64,000 nucleotides of DNA from Desulfobacterales bacterium (GTDB taxonomy: Bacteria; Desulfobacterota; Desulfobacteria; Desulfobacterales; UBA5616): assembly GCA_046483495.1 (NCBI GenBank), contig JAWODC010000049.1:70939-134938 (forward strand), written 5' to 3'. The notes below the pieces were generated by a model. That model worked only from the letters and a program-made list of their open reading frames with translations, did not search any database and was not told where the DNA came from. A program made the translations under genes and the position numbers. Shown piece by piece: positions 9,682 to 20,373 of this stretch; position 1 is the first letter of the stretch; each line of letters starts with the position of its first letter.

Positions 9682-11229
9682 TCATGGCGCGTTAATGGAA
9701 GCGGCCCAGTCCGGGAGAACGGCGGTATCGATGTTGAACACGGCTGTTCCAAAATAATAAAAGGCTGTAGATATAAGTACGGCACCGATAACGTTGATCA
9801 ACACACCGGCCCGCGCCATTTCCGCGATGGTAATCCGGCCGCTGCCGAAAATGATGGCATTGGGCGGGGTTGCGACCGGCATCATAAACGCGCATGAGGC
9901 TGAAAGGGTTGCCGGAACCATCAACAGCAGTGGATTGGCCTTCATCGCCACCGCCACGGATGCCAGTATCGGCAGAATCATTTCCGTGGTTGCGGTGTTT
10001 GACGTCAGTTCCGTCAAAAATGTAATACCGATGCAGATCATCAGCACCATGACCATTGGATGCACACCGGAAAGGCCGGCAAATTTTTCACCGACAAGAA
10101 TGCTCAATCCGGTGACCTGAAACCCTTTTGCCAGGGCAAATCCGCCGCCGAAAAGCAATACGATCCCCCATGGCAGCCTTTTGATGATGTCGACGTCCAT
10201 CACTGCGGATGCCCCGGCATTTGCGCTTCGGGTGGGAATCAAGAAAAGCGTGACGGCCATAAACACAGCCACCGTGCCGTCATCGATGAGATCGGGATAT
10301 GGCAGCAGATCGGACCACCCGGGGATGACAAACATCCCCAAGTCCAGAGGCTTACGGAAAACCCACAGAAAAGCGGTTATGGAAAAAACGGCGAGAACCG
10401 CTTTTTCTTCGAATGCCATATTGCCGAGATGATGCCATTCCCGGTCTATGATACGCCGGTCCACATCGACGGTTTTGCCGACGCGATAGAAAACCTGTGT
10501 GATGAGCAGCCACACCAGGCTCAGCATGACCAGGGTAAGCGGCAGGGCCATGATGAACCAGATACCGAAGGTGATCGGGTCCGCCTGAGGAAACGTGATC
10601 TTGAATATGCGTGAAAAGGACAAATTCGGTGGTGTTCCCACCAGCGTTGCAATCCCTCCCAGAGAGCAAGCGTAGGCAATGCTGAGCATGAGCCCTACAG
10701 TGAATGCATGCGTATCTTCGGCGGAAAATTTTTCTTCCACCTGATGGACGATGGCCATGCCGATGGGCACCATCATAATGGCCGTTGCCGTATTGGAAAT
10801 CCACATGGACAAAAAGGCGGATGCCGCCATGAATCCCAGAATAATCCGCGACGGTCCGCCGCCGATGACCCGGATGATAAACAGCGCAATGCGGCGGTGC
10901 AGATTCCATCTTTCCATGGAAAGCGCGATCATAAATCCTCCCAGGAAGAGAAATATGGTGCTGTTGAAATAAATCGGCGCGGTGGCCGTTCCCTTCATGA
11001 TTCCCATCAAGGGATAGAGGACCATGGGCAGAAGGGCCGTTGCATACAGGGGGATGGCGTCCGTAATCCACCATGCCGCCATGAGCGCCGCCACGGCGGC
11101 CATGGCTGCGGCCTTAGGACGTTCAGGCGGGGTTTCCAAGAAAAGAAGGATTAAAAGAAACACGATCGGCCCTAAAATCATTCCGATTTTTTGGGTCTTG
11201 CTCTTTTCGGGTGCATTTGCCTTGGGCAT
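9682..11229 (-). CDS. SLC13/DASS family Na+:sulfate/di-/tricarboxylate symporter
   Basis: SMWISNTAT, GTPPN, TELTSNTAT, PVATPPNAI motifs; AGGAG RBS before ATG 11229. Confidence 0.93.
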   Translation of the reverse strand: MPKANAPEKSKTQKIGMILGPIVFLLILLFLETPPERPKAAAMAAVAALMAAWWITDAIPLYATALLPMVLYPLMGIMKGTATAPIYFNSTIFLFLGGFMIALSMERWNLHRRIALFIIRVIGGGPSRIILGFMAASAFLSMWISNTATAIMMVPIGMAIVHQVEEKFSAEDTHAFTVGLMLSIAYACSLGGIATLVGTPPNLSFSRIFKITFPQADPITFGIWFIMALPLTLVMLSLVWLLITQVFYRVGKTVDVDRRIIDREWHHLGNMAFEEKAVLAVFSITAFLWVFRKPLDLGMFVIPGWSDLLPYPDLIDDGTVAVFMAVTLFLIPTRSANAGASAVMDVDIIKRLPWGIVLLFGGGFALAKGFQVTGLSILVGEKFAGLSGVHPMVMVLMICIGITFLTELTSNTATTEMILPILASVAVAMKANPLLLMVPATLSASCAFMMPVATPPNAIIFGSGRITIAEMARAGVLINVIGAVLISTAFYYFGTAVFNIDTAVLPDWAASINAP

Positions 11230-11239
11230 GATGCGTCTC

Positions 11240-12331
11240 CTAACGCGTACGGGACGATCTGGTTTCCTGGACACAGTAAATCCCTTCACCTTTGACCATG
11301 GCGTTGAAGCACCCGTTGCAGGAAATGCATCCGGCCGGGGCCAAGTCTCCCCCGGACCATCGGTTGATCAAGGCAGGTTCACGAATGAGAGGACGGCTGA
11401 ATGAAACGAGATCGGCAATGCCGCCGGATAAGATCGACTGAACCATTTGCGGCGTTCGAATGCCGCCGACCGCGATTACCGGCAGGTCGACGGCTGCTCT
11501 GACTTTTTGGGCGCCGTCGAGATAAAAACCCTCGAACCATTGGTCTTTGTCTACAGGCCCCCTTGAATTGTGGGTTCCGGCCATGACACCGCCGGTGACC
11601 TCGATGGCACCGTAACCGGCTGCTTTCAGGCATTTTCCGTAATGCGCAGCCACATCGGGTGTCAGCCCGCCGGGGACTCCGTCAAAAGCATTCATCTTGA
11701 TCCAAACAGGGAAATCATCGCCGGCTTCAGCCGCGATAGCCCTGCGGATTTGTGTAAAGATACGAACCCGATTTTCATAGGATCCCCCATATGCATCGGT
11801 GCGCCGATTGAAATGCGGAGACAAAAATTGGCTCAAGCCGTATCCATGGCCTCCGTGCACCTGGACGGCGTCAATGCCCGCTTTTCGAGCAAGGCGCGCT
11901 GCTGCTGCGTAACTCGCTGCAAGACGGCTGATCTCTTCGGTCGTAATCTCGTAAACACCTTCCTGATAGGGCGACGGACCGGTGAGCTTGCCGCCCATAA
12001 ACACGAACGGTGCCAACTGCAATGAAATCGACGCGCCATAGGCATGTATCATCGATGCGGTTTCGGCCCATGCTGAAAGATTCGTGCCTTCAGTCAGTTG
12101 AAGCTGCCCTTTTGACGCACCGATCCATTCCGGATCGGTACAGCAGGCTCCGGTTGAGATCAGGCCGATGCCGCCGGACGCCAGATCCCGATATAGTGTT
12201 TTGAGTTTCGGCCCTGGTGAACCGTCCGAATCGGCCATGCCTTCAATGGTCGCAGATCGGACAAAACGGTTTTTCAGTGTCATTCCCATGAAATGTATCG
12301 GCGTCAAGGCCGTATTCAACAGGTCGGTCAT
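11240..12331 (-). CDS. NADH:flavin oxidoreductase (Old Yellow Enzyme family)
   Basis: LKNRFVRSAT, QVHGGHGYGLSQFLSP..NRRTDAYGGS.ENR, SRPLIREP, terminal CISCNGC...C. Confidence 0.92.
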   Translation of the reverse strand: MTDLLNTALTPIHFMGMTLKNRFVRSATIEGMADSDGSPGPKLKTLYRDLASGGIGLISTGACCTDPEWIGASKGQLQLTEGTNLSAWAETASMIHAYGASISLQLAPFVFMGGKLTGPSPYQEGVYEITTEEISRLAASYAAAARLARKAGIDAVQVHGGHGYGLSQFLSPHFNRRTDAYGGSYENRVRIFTQIRRAIAAEAGDDFPVWIKMNAFDGVPGGLTPDVAAHYGKCLKAAGYGAIEVTGGVMAGTHNSRGPVDKDQWFEGFYLDGAQKVRAAVDLPVIAVGGIRTPQMVQSILSGGIADLVSFSRPLIREPALINRWSGGDLAPAGCISCNGCFNAMVKGEGIYCVQETRSSRTR

Positions 12332-12403
12332 GTCAATCCTCCTTTATTCTGAATGGTGGAAGCGCCGGTTCGATGCTGCGCGGCACCGGACTTTCAGCGC
12401 AAT

Positions 12404-15013
12404 TCAGGCATCGGACCATTTATAGTACCGCCGCATTCGCCCCTCGTACAGCGCTATCAAGGCTTCGTTCTCGCTGCTTTGCAGGCCTGCCGCCGCAAAA
12501 TAAGCCAGCGCATTTTCAATATTCAGTGTTGACAGGGCTTCCGGCCGCTCCAACTCTCCCTGTTTGAGCAGGATGTTGCCGAACAGCAATATTTTTTTTT
12601 GCCGGTCTTTCGGAGTTGTATCAGCCGGCTGCCTGGAAAGCCATTTCAGGACAAGATCGTATGATTCGATAAAGGGTTTCAAGAAGGCGGCGAACTGTTT
12701 CAACTTTCTGTATCCCGGCGATGTAATGGTATACGTCTCCGGTTGGGTAGGATGGGGAACGAGGATGTCCATGTCGATGAATGCCTTTATACTCTTTCGC
12801 GCATGAAAATCGATCGATGCCTCATCATCCCTGATAAATTCATAGCTGAACAAGGTGTCCAGGAATCGGACGTCATCATAAATGTCCGATGTATTCACAA
12901 TGAATTCATCTCCGGCCAAAATGGCCATGGCGGCATAGGCGGCAGGGACAAAATGTGTAACCGCATTGTTTTTGTAATATTCCAATACATGCCGCTTGCT
13001 CTTTCGAATGATCACGATGTCCGTGTCCCGCCAGGTGCCGGTTTCTGCCCGCACGGCATCGATAATTCTGGCCTGAAGGTAATGGTCCAGTATTCGGCTG
13101 GTAATATGACGGGGGGCGGTGGTTAACGATTCGCTCACAGGGGCGCTTCTCGAAGAGAGAAACGAAAGATAGGTCATGAGTTGATCCATCAGGCTTTCGA
13201 AGGTGCGACTGTATTTTGAACAATTCAGCAGCGATGCGGCAACTATTGCACGAGGGGCCGCAATAGTGGCCCGATCGATGTCAACCATCAGGCGGTGCCC
13301 CAGTTTGCGGCAGAGCAAATTCTTTTGTTTCGATGAAAGTCCGTTTGCAGGCAGATGCATGCTGTCGATCAATTTGTTGAGATCGATCGGGTCATTGAAC
13401 CTGACGAAAATTTTTCCGTATCGATTGTTGAGCAGTTTACGGATCTTCAGCATTTGCCGGGCGTTTTCAGGCTGTTTTTCTCCGCCCTCAATTTCATAAA
13501 GATACGCGTTTTCTTCGGGAACGCGTTCATATCCGATATATACAGGAACGAACACGAGGTTTTTGCAGGCCCTGTTTTCGTATTCGTTCAGCAGGATATG
13601 GAGCATGCCGAGCTGCGGGTGAAGCAGCTTTCCGGAACGGCTTCGGGTGCCTTCGATAAAAACAGTAATATGATACCCTTCCTTGAGAAGCTCGAAAATA
13701 TAAGCGGAAAAGACCTTCGTATAAAAGACGGCACCTCTGAACGATCGCCTGACAAAAAAGGTACCAGCCATTCTCAGCAGCGGCCCTAAGGGCCAAAAAG
13801 AAAGATTTTTTCCTGCAAAAAAGTGGGGAGGCGACATATGATTCAGGTGCATGACATACAGCATGACAAGAGAATCGATATGGCTGCGATGGCACGGCAC
13901 AAAGACAACAGGACCTTTCAGTGCCGATCGCTTCAAGCTTTCCACCTTTCCGCTGTCGATGTGAATACCATCGAACATCTTGCGGGAAATCCACTCGATC
14001 ATCCGAATCGAAAGCCCGGTGAATCCGGGTCTGTAGCGGGCGGCGATTTCATCGAGATAGGTAACGGCCCGGCGGCGAACGGCATAAATGGACGTGTTTT
14101 TCCGGACGGCGTGCTTTTTCATGTACTCCTGGAGATCGTCATTGGTCAGGATGCTCATGCGGATTTCATCGGCGGACTTCAGTACGGGCCCGGTGGTGGT
14201 TTGACGATGACGTGTCATCTGGGACAGCAAATTTCGGCGAAGAACAAGGGCCATCCGCTCCGGTCTGAAGGGTGTCGATTCCGGTGCACTCAAAAACGCT
14301 TTCAGGTTCAGCGGCTCGGAAAATTCCACCAGCATTTTTTCCGGTTTCAGAAAGGCTTTGAAAAATTTTCGCAGTGCACCGGGATTCTGTTCGGAACCGA
14401 AGAAAAGGTCGGTCAGTTTTACCGCCGTAGTTGAAGGCTTTCGGGTGTAAAAAAAGAGCTGGGGAATAATCAGTATAGGTTTGTCGATTTTATACTGCAG
14501 CTCGATGAGGTACTTCAGGGGGTCTTGTTTCTGCCTTACAAACCGCTCATAGAATTCATGCCTTTCCACCAGGGACAAAAAAACCGGTTCGCCTTTTTGA
14601 AGATGCCGGCCGAGATAGTCATCCCGGTACAGGCCCGGCCCGGTTTCCCAGGCTGCAAGCCGGAGAGCCCCCGCAACAAGAATCTGAAGCCATTTACGAA
14701 AGGATTGATAAGCGAACAGATGATAGTCCGGGGCAAGCGTAGGACCGGGAAATCCCATGTGCGGCAGTCGAAAATAAGCATACAGATATTCAAAGGTGCT
14801 TTTGAATTTGTTCACATAAACAATGCAGGCATTTTCAGGAAGTTCTTTTTCGATTTCCGCATGGGTTTCGGAAAACGGGATTCGGGCAAATATAAGGCTG
14901 AAAAAAAAATGCCGGATCGCATCCATTCGCTGCGGAAGCTGACAGCCGAAGTGCCGGGTGGTGCCCCTTAGAAACCGTTGGATGATCGTCTCGATGTTCT
15001 TTTTCAGCATCAT
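12404..15013 (-). CDS. plsB: Glycerol-3-phosphate acyltransferase, PlsB-type (start uncertain)
   Basis: PCHRSHID (HxxxxD), FFVRR, FIEGTRSRSGK, VPVYIGYERV.EE. Confidence 0.85.
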   Translation of the reverse strand: MMLKKNIETIIQRFLRGTTRHFGCQLPQRMDAIRHFFFSLIFARIPFSETHAEIEKELPENACIVYVNKFKSTFEYLYAYFRLPHMGFPGPTLAPDYHLFAYQSFRKWLQILVAGALRLAAWETGPGLYRDDYLGRHLQKGEPVFLSLVERHEFYERFVRQKQDPLKYLIELQYKIDKPILIIPQLFFYTRKPSTTAVKLTDLFFGSEQNPGALRKFFKAFLKPEKMLVEFSEPLNLKAFLSAPESTPFRPERMALVLRRNLLSQMTRHRQTTTGPVLKSADEIRMSILTNDDLQEYMKKHAVRKNTSIYAVRRRAVTYLDEIAARYRPGFTGLSIRMIEWISRKMFDGIHIDSGKVESLKRSALKGPVVFVPCHRSHIDSLVMLYVMHLNHMSPPHFFAGKNLSFWPLGPLLRMAGTFFVRRSFRGAVFYTKVFSAYIFELLKEGYHITVFIEGTRSRSGKLLHPQLGMLHILLNEYENRACKNLVFVPVYIGYERVPEENAYLYEIEGGEKQPENARQMLKIRKLLNNRYGKIFVRFNDPIDLNKLIDSMHLPANGLSSKQKNLLCRKLGHRLMVDIDRATIAAPRAIVAASLLNCSKYSRTFESLMDQLMTYLSFLSSRSAPVSESLTTAPRHITSRILDHYLQARIIDAVRAETGTWRDTDIVIIRKSKRHVLEYYKNNAVTHFVPAAYAAMAILAGDEFIVNTSDIYDDVRFLDTLFSYEFIRDDEASIDFHARKSIKAFIDMDILVPHPTQPETYTITSPGYRKLKQFAAFLKPFIESYDLVLKWLSRQPADTTPKDRQKKILLFGNILLKQGELERPEALSTLNIENALAYFAAAGLQSSENEALIALYEGRMRRYYKWSDA

Positions 15014-15257
15014 AAGCAGTGCGGTTGCCGATGTAATTTTGCGCTGAGAGTGATCGGATTGTACTAAAACGGTTTGCCGTGCCGTTTTTTTGAAAAATGA
15101 TATATGCGAAAACGGTTGAAAAATCAAACCGCAACATTTCGGGTATGAAGTGACCGGTTAACATCTCCGGCAAGGCGGCTTCAATGGTGGGGCAGGGTTC
15201 AGAAAAAACACTGCGCCCCCTCAACGGGTTTTCCGGGGGCGCTTTGCCTCAACGTGA

Positions 15258-15665
15258 TCAGGATTTGACGGAAATCTTTTTTGGTGCAGCTTTTTCGGTC
15301 TTTGGCAGTATCAGCCTCAATACGCCGTCTTTGAGCTCTGCATTGATTTTGCCCTGGTCGATGATATGGGAAATGGAAAATTGCCGGTGATAGGTACCGA
15401 CCTCATACTCGGTAAATACCTTTTCTTCATTTTCGGATTCGAATGGCTCCACCTTACCCTCGATGGTCAGTGTATTCTCTCTTAAATCAATGTTCAGGTT
15501 CTCCGGTTTAACCCCCGGGATATCCGCCAGCAGTGTGATTTCTTTTTCGGATTCGAAGATATCCACATCCGGGGCGAAAACCATGCCCGGAGTCGTCTGC
15601 TCGGCAGGTGAGGCAACCTCTTTTTTGCCTTTTACCTGGAGTTCCGTTTGTTTGGCGTCCGTCAT
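15258..15665 (-). CDS. Hsp20/alpha-crystallin small heat-shock protein
   Basis: PDVDIFE...ADIPGV...AELKDGVLRL.LPK; AGGAGGTG RBS. Confidence 0.93.
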   Translation of the reverse strand: MTDAKQTELQVKGKKEVASPAEQTTPGMVFAPDVDIFESEKEITLLADIPGVKPENLNIDLRENTLTIEGKVEPFESENEEKVFTEYEVGTYHRQFSISHIIDQGKINAELKDGVLRLILPKTEKAAPKKISVKS

Positions 15666-15698
15666 GATGAACACCTCCTTTTCATAAGATAGTCGATG

Positions 15699-16145
15699 TT
15701 ATGAGACTTTGATCTGCCGGGGTTTGGCTTTTTCCGCCTTGGGAACAGCGAGTATCAGCATGCCGTTCTTCAGATCCGCCGCTACCCTTTCCGGGTCGAT
15801 TTCGGCGGGCAAACTGAAGGCCCGGGAAAACTTGCCGGCTTCCCGCTCCCTGCGATGGTATTTGACGCCTTCTTCCGGCTCGATTTTTCGTTCCCCGGAA
15901 ATCGTGATGGTGTTTTCCGTCGCACTGATATCCAGGTCCTCCGCCTTTATGCCGGGAAGTTCCGCTCGGATATAGAAATTTTCATTTTCCTCGGTAAGAT
16001 TGACCTGTGGGAAAACCCCGGTTTGCATGGCTTGGCCGGGTGCACCCGAGAGGGCGGCGTAAATGCGATCCATTTCATTTCTGAGACGATCCAACTCAAA
16101 AAAGGGCGTTCTGAACGTTCGATAAGGCCGGTTTATAAGTAACAT
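15699..16145 (-). CDS. Hsp20/alpha-crystallin small heat-shock protein
   Basis: FPQVNL.E...AELPGI...RRER..GKFSR.F.LP...NGML...PK; AGGAGGT RBS. Confidence 0.93.
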   Translation of the reverse strand: MLLINRPYRTFRTPFFELDRLRNEMDRIYAALSGAPGQAMQTGVFPQVNLTEENENFYIRAELPGIKAEDLDISATENTITISGERKIEPEEGVKYHRREREAGKFSRAFSLPAEIDPERVAADLKNGMLILAVPKAEKAKPRQIKVS

Positions 16146-16401
16146 AGGGATTACCTCCTTCCTTTAATAGGTGGAATACGGTTTTTTCAATAGATGCCAA
16201 GGAAATTCTTATATTCGAACATCCTAAATATATTAAAAATATCAGGTGCTTTTAAAGTTAATTCGCAATCTGAGCCTGTCAAGGAAGCACCTGAAATTTT
16301 TTTTGGGGGGTGATTGCCTATGCGTGACGGTGAGGACCGAAACGGCCCGATTCGGTTCGGGGCTCTTTTCATCGGTTCATCACAGCAGGAGTGGGCCGTC
16401 C

Positions 16402-17814
16402 TTATCGCTTCTTTGGTTTCATATCCGCGTATTGGATTAGGGCCGCCATGGCAAGGGTGCACTGTTCAGAGGTGTTGTACATGGGTATTTTGGCGCTCTT
16501 CAGCAGTTCCATAGTGGAAGCCGATGAATTGAGCTTCTGAGTGATAACGGGTTTTTGATAGGTCCGGGGAATGCGGCAGAACCGATCGATGGCGGACATG
16601 ACGGCAATTTTTGCCTGTGCCGGAGTGTCGTTTTTCAGGGTTCGATCCATGGGTACGTTGGTGATGATGCCGTCGATGTAATCGATGGCCGCCAGCTTCT
16701 CGACAACACGGACCTCATCCATCGTTTCATAAATGCCTGCTGCAAAATCCACCGGGTTGTTGGGAACCGGTGCATGGGGCGGCAGGAGATCTTTCAGCCC
16801 CTGTTTGTCGGCGTCTTCGAACTCCGGTATCTGAATGCCGGCAGCAGACAGATTGTCTGTGATGGTCACACCTTGGCCGCCGTTTCCCACAACTGCGATG
16901 CGGTTTCCTTTGGGAAGGGGCTGGTCGATCAGCGCTTCGGCCATGATGAAGAGATGCTCCAGCTGGCGCACCCGTATCAAACCTGCCTGGCGGCACATGC
17001 CGTCAAATATCCGGTCTTCACCGGCGATTGACGCCGTATGGGACAAGGTGGCTTTTGCCCCCATCTCCGAAGTGCCGCCCTTCAGGATCAGGACGGGTTT
17101 TATTCGAGTGGTTTCCCGGGCGGTTTTCCAAAAGGTCCTGCCGTCCTTGAGGCCCTCGATATACAAGGCTATTGCCTTCGTGTCCGGATCAACGGCGAGG
17201 TAAGACAGATAATCCGCCGCTGTTAAATCGGCCTGGTTGCCCATGGCAACGAACGTGCTTAATCCGAACCCTTTTGTCACAGACAGCCGCACGGCCTGTC
17301 CGCCGAACATGCCGCTCTGGCTGACAAAGGCCAGACCGCCTCTGGGAGGATTTGGAAACGGAGTGATGTTCAGGTTGCCTGCCGGAGAAAAAATGCCGTT
17401 CCCGTTTGGGCCGACAAAACGGATACCGCCTTTTCGAGCGATGGTTACCGTTTCCATCTCCAACGCGCGCCCCTTTTGGCCGGTTTCGGCGAAATCCGCT
17501 GAGATGATGATGCCGCCTTTAATGCCTTTCTTGACGCAATTATGCATAATTTCAGGCATATGAGCGGCAGGGACAGTAAATACGGCGAGGTCGACCTCGT
17601 CGGGAATATCCAAAATATCCGCATATGCGGTCAATCCGCATATATGCTTTTCTTTCGGATTCACCGGAAAAACACTGCCTCTGAATCCGGATTGCAGCGT
17701 ACTTGAGATCAGACGTCCTCCCCATTTGGCCGGGTTATTGCTGGCGCCGATAAAAGCGACGGATTTTGGCTTGAAAATGGGATCGAGCTGTTCAACGATT
17801 CCTGCGGCCACCAC
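16402..17814 (-). CDS. ADP-forming acyl-CoA synthetase alpha-subunit-like (CoA-binding) protein
   Basis: FKPKSVAFIGAS, GPNGNG, SQSG, SHTASIAG (phospho-His), NPVD; no ATP-grasp domain. Confidence 0.88.
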   Translation of the reverse strand: MVAAGIVEQLDPIFKPKSVAFIGASNNPAKWGGRLISSTLQSGFRGSVFPVNPKEKHICGLTAYADILDIPDEVDLAVFTVPAAHMPEIMHNCVKKGIKGGIIISADFAETGQKGRALEMETVTIARKGGIRFVGPNGNGIFSPAGNLNITPFPNPPRGGLAFVSQSGMFGGQAVRLSVTKGFGLSTFVAMGNQADLTAADYLSYLAVDPDTKAIALYIEGLKDGRTFWKTARETTRIKPVLILKGGTSEMGAKATLSHTASIAGEDRIFDGMCRQAGLIRVRQLEHLFIMAEALIDQPLPKGNRIAVVGNGGQGVTITDNLSAAGIQIPEFEDADKQGLKDLLPPHAPVPNNPVDFAAGIYETMDEVRVVEKLAAIDYIDGIITNVPMDRTLKNDTPAQAKIAVMSAIDRFCRIPRTYQKPVITQKLNSSASTMELLKSAKIPMYNTSEQCTLAMAALIQYADMKPKKR

Positions 17815-17844
17815 TGTCTCCTTTCGATTTCGTATCCGGGCAGG

Positions 17845-19086
17845 CTAATCCGCGCCGGGCAAATCCGCCTCTGATGTGATGACGCCTTCAACGAAGAGAT
17901 CGCTGATCTCATCATCCGTCAGTCCGAGAACCTCCTTATACACGTACTCGATGTCTTCTCCCAGGCATGGACCGGCCTTATGAATATGGTTCGGCGTTTT
18001 GGAAAGCCGGTATGCCGGTGCGTTGTAGGCGTGTTCTCCGATAACGGGATGCTGTAAAAAACGGAAATGCTCCCGAAGCTTGAGCTGGGGGTCCTCGAGC
18101 AAATCTTCAGCTGTTTGCACGACACCGGCCGGCACTCCTGCATCCTGCATTCGCGTCATGATCGCTTCGGGCGTCATTTCCCTGGTCCATTGGGAAATAA
18201 GGGCGTTTAATTCATTTTCATTCTGCTTTCGCGTGATAAAGCTGGAAAACTTCTCATCGGAGCACCATTCAGGGTTGCCGAGTACACGGCAGAAGGACTG
18301 CCATTGATGATCGTCGGTAACCGCGATGGCCACCCATCGATCTTCCCCCAGACACGGAAAAATCCCGTGTGGGGCCGTATAGCGATCTTCGTTCCCCATT
18401 CGTTTTGCAATTCTTCCATTGACCATGTAATCGAGTAGGGTGGGACCTAAAAAGGTCACGCCGGCCTCCACCTGAGATTGGTCGAGGTAGATGCCCTTGC
18501 CGGTTTTTTTCCTTCGGATCAGTGCGGCGATAACGGTCGAGGTCAGATACCAGGGCGCGATAAAATCACTGTAATTGTTGAAAATGGGCAGGGGCTCCCG
18601 GTCCGGCAGGCCGAGAAGATGGGAAAAGCCGGCGTAGGTGGTTCCGAACATGCCGTATGCGCCGAACTTTTTCAGCGGCCCGGTCTGGCCCATTTGGCAC
18701 GTTGAAAAATAGATGATATCGGGTTTCACTTTTTTACAGCTCTCGTAATCCAGACCGAACTTGGCCATGGTGCCGGGTGTGAAGCTTTCGGTCACCAGAT
18801 CGGCCCAGGCCACCAGTTTCTTGGCCATTTCGAGGCCGCGGGGATGGGATAAGTCCATGGCCACACTATATTTGTTGGTGTTGTAGGCCGTTCCGAATGC
18901 ACTCCGGTCTACACCGGGTTCGCCATCTCTAAACGGAGCGAACGTTCTCAAGGAATCCGGGACCCTGTGGCTTTCGACCCGTATAACGGTGGCCCCATGC
19001 TCCGCAAGTTCTCTTCCCACCTGCGGCCCTACGCCCACCCACGCGAAATCCGCTACCTTCAATCCTTCGAATACGTGTTTTTGCAT
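17845..19086 (-). CDS. Family III CoA-transferase (CaiB/BaiF), BbsF-like subunit with catalytic Asp
   Basis: FEGLKVADF.W..VGP, LAEHGATVIRVE, GQTGP, NYSDF (catalytic Asp position), APHGIFPC. Confidence 0.9.
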   Translation of the reverse strand: MQKHVFEGLKVADFAWVGVGPQVGRELAEHGATVIRVESHRVPDSLRTFAPFRDGEPGVDRSAFGTAYNTNKYSVAMDLSHPRGLEMAKKLVAWADLVTESFTPGTMAKFGLDYESCKKVKPDIIYFSTCQMGQTGPLKKFGAYGMFGTTYAGFSHLLGLPDREPLPIFNNYSDFIAPWYLTSTVIAALIRRKKTGKGIYLDQSQVEAGVTFLGPTLLDYMVNGRIAKRMGNEDRYTAPHGIFPCLGEDRWVAIAVTDDHQWQSFCRVLGNPEWCSDEKFSSFITRKQNENELNALISQWTREMTPEAIMTRMQDAGVPAGVVQTAEDLLEDPQLKLREHFRFLQHPVIGEHAYNAPAYRLSKTPNHIHKAGPCLGEDIEYVYKEVLGLTDDEISDLFVEGVITSEADLPGAD

Positions 19087-19098
19087 GATGGCCTCCTT

Positions 19099-20373
19099 TT
19101 AAATGATGCCGCGGTTTTTCAAAATGATCATTTCTTCCCGGGTCAGTTTAAGCTCTTCCTCGTAAATGGGGGCGTTGTGCTCCCCGATAAGCGGAGATCG
19201 GCGTTGGGGATCATAAGGGGGCAGGTCGGTCCAGCGGATCGGCCAGCCCGGATACGTCAGTTTTTCCCCGAGTTCCGGATGTTCCACTTCCCGCCAGAAA
19301 TCCCGTGCTTTCAACTGAGGACTGGCTATCAGATCGGCGGCATTGGTCACCGGAACCAGCATGATGTCATGCGTTACGGCATAATCAAACAGCTCTTTCT
19401 TCGTCTTGGTCAGCAGAAATTCGGCAAACTGCTCTTCCATGGCGTTGATTTCTTCCTGGGTGACTGTCGCGGTGTTGTCGACCGCCCAATCATGATCTTT
19501 CAGCAAAAGGCAATATCCTTCGCTGTTGGCCCATGTGGTGAGGTTTTCGGTGGAAATTCGGACCCCAAGGGCCGACCCGCCGCCCACCATCAGGTAAACA
19601 TACCCGTCTTTGCACGGCCACACCCATCGCATGATGGCGGGACCGGGCGGTGTAGGCCTCACCGACATGCCGAACGGGCCGATCCCCCTGTAGTTGACCT
19701 TGAGGATATCCCATATTTCAGCTGCCATCATCAGGGTCAGCACAACCGCCTGCTGACATGAAACATCCACGTGCTGGCCCTCGCCGGTCATCTCCCGGTG
19801 ATACAGCGCAACCATCGTTCCCAAGACCCCCTGAAGGCTTCCGTTAAAGTAAAATTGGGGAACGGAAAACCGCAAAGGAGGGCTGTCCATGTATCCATAA
19901 AGACGGGCCATTCCCCCCATAGCAACACCGACCAAATCGGTTACGCGATAATCCGCATAAGGTCCGGATTGTCCAAATGGGGTGATCGAGGTTAAAATAA
20001 TGCCCGGGTTTTGTTTTTCCAAGACCGGATATGCGAGATGCAGGCTTTCCATGTAACCGGGTTTGAAGGACTCCACCACGATATCGGCGGATGCGGCCAG
20101 CTGCAAAAACAGATCCCGTCCGGTATCTGTCTCGAGGTTCAGGGTTATGCCCCGCTTGTTTAAGTTCGTGTAAAACCAGTACAGGCTTTTCTCGGGATGC
20201 GGTATATCATGATAGAAAGGGCCGTTGTTCCTGCCGGCATCCCCGCCCGGCGGCTCGATTTTTATGACGTCCGCCCCTAAATCCCCCAGTATTTTGCCGC
20301 AAAGATGGCCGATTTCATTGGTCAGATCCAGTACCCGATACCCCTTGAGGAAGGTTTCTGTTTCATGGTTCAT
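19099..20373 (-). CDS. Family III CoA-transferase, BbsE-like subunit lacking the catalytic Asp
   Basis: LKGYRVLDLT, LGADVIKIEPPGGD, NKRGITLNL, FGQSGPY; PQFYF at the position of the catalytic Asp. Confidence 0.88.
   Translation of the reverse strand: MNHETETFLKGYRVLDLTNEIGHLCGKILGDLGADVIKIEPPGGDAGRNNGPFYHDIPHPEKSLYWFYTNLNKRGITLNLETDTGRDLFLQLAASADIVVESFKPGYMESLHLAYPVLEKQNPGIILTSITPFGQSGPYADYRVTDLVGVAMGGMARLYGYMDSPPLRFSVPQFYFNGSLQGVLGTMVALYHREMTGEGQHVDVSCQQAVVLTLMMAAEIWDILKVNYRGIGPFGMSVRPTPPGPAIMRWVWPCKDGYVYLMVGGGSALGVRISTENLTTWANSEGYCLLLKDHDWAVDNTATVTQEEINAMEEQFAEFLLTKTKKELFDYAVTHDIMLVPVTNAADLIASPQLKARDFWREVEHPELGEKLTYPGWPIRWTDLPPYDPQRRSPLIGEHNAPIYEEELKLTREEMIILKNRGII

Noticed and set aside
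16146..16330. CIRCE or sigma54 site before hsp20
   Set aside because: No TTAGCACTC-N9-GAGTGCTAA; TGGCA lacks a correctly spaced -12 GC.
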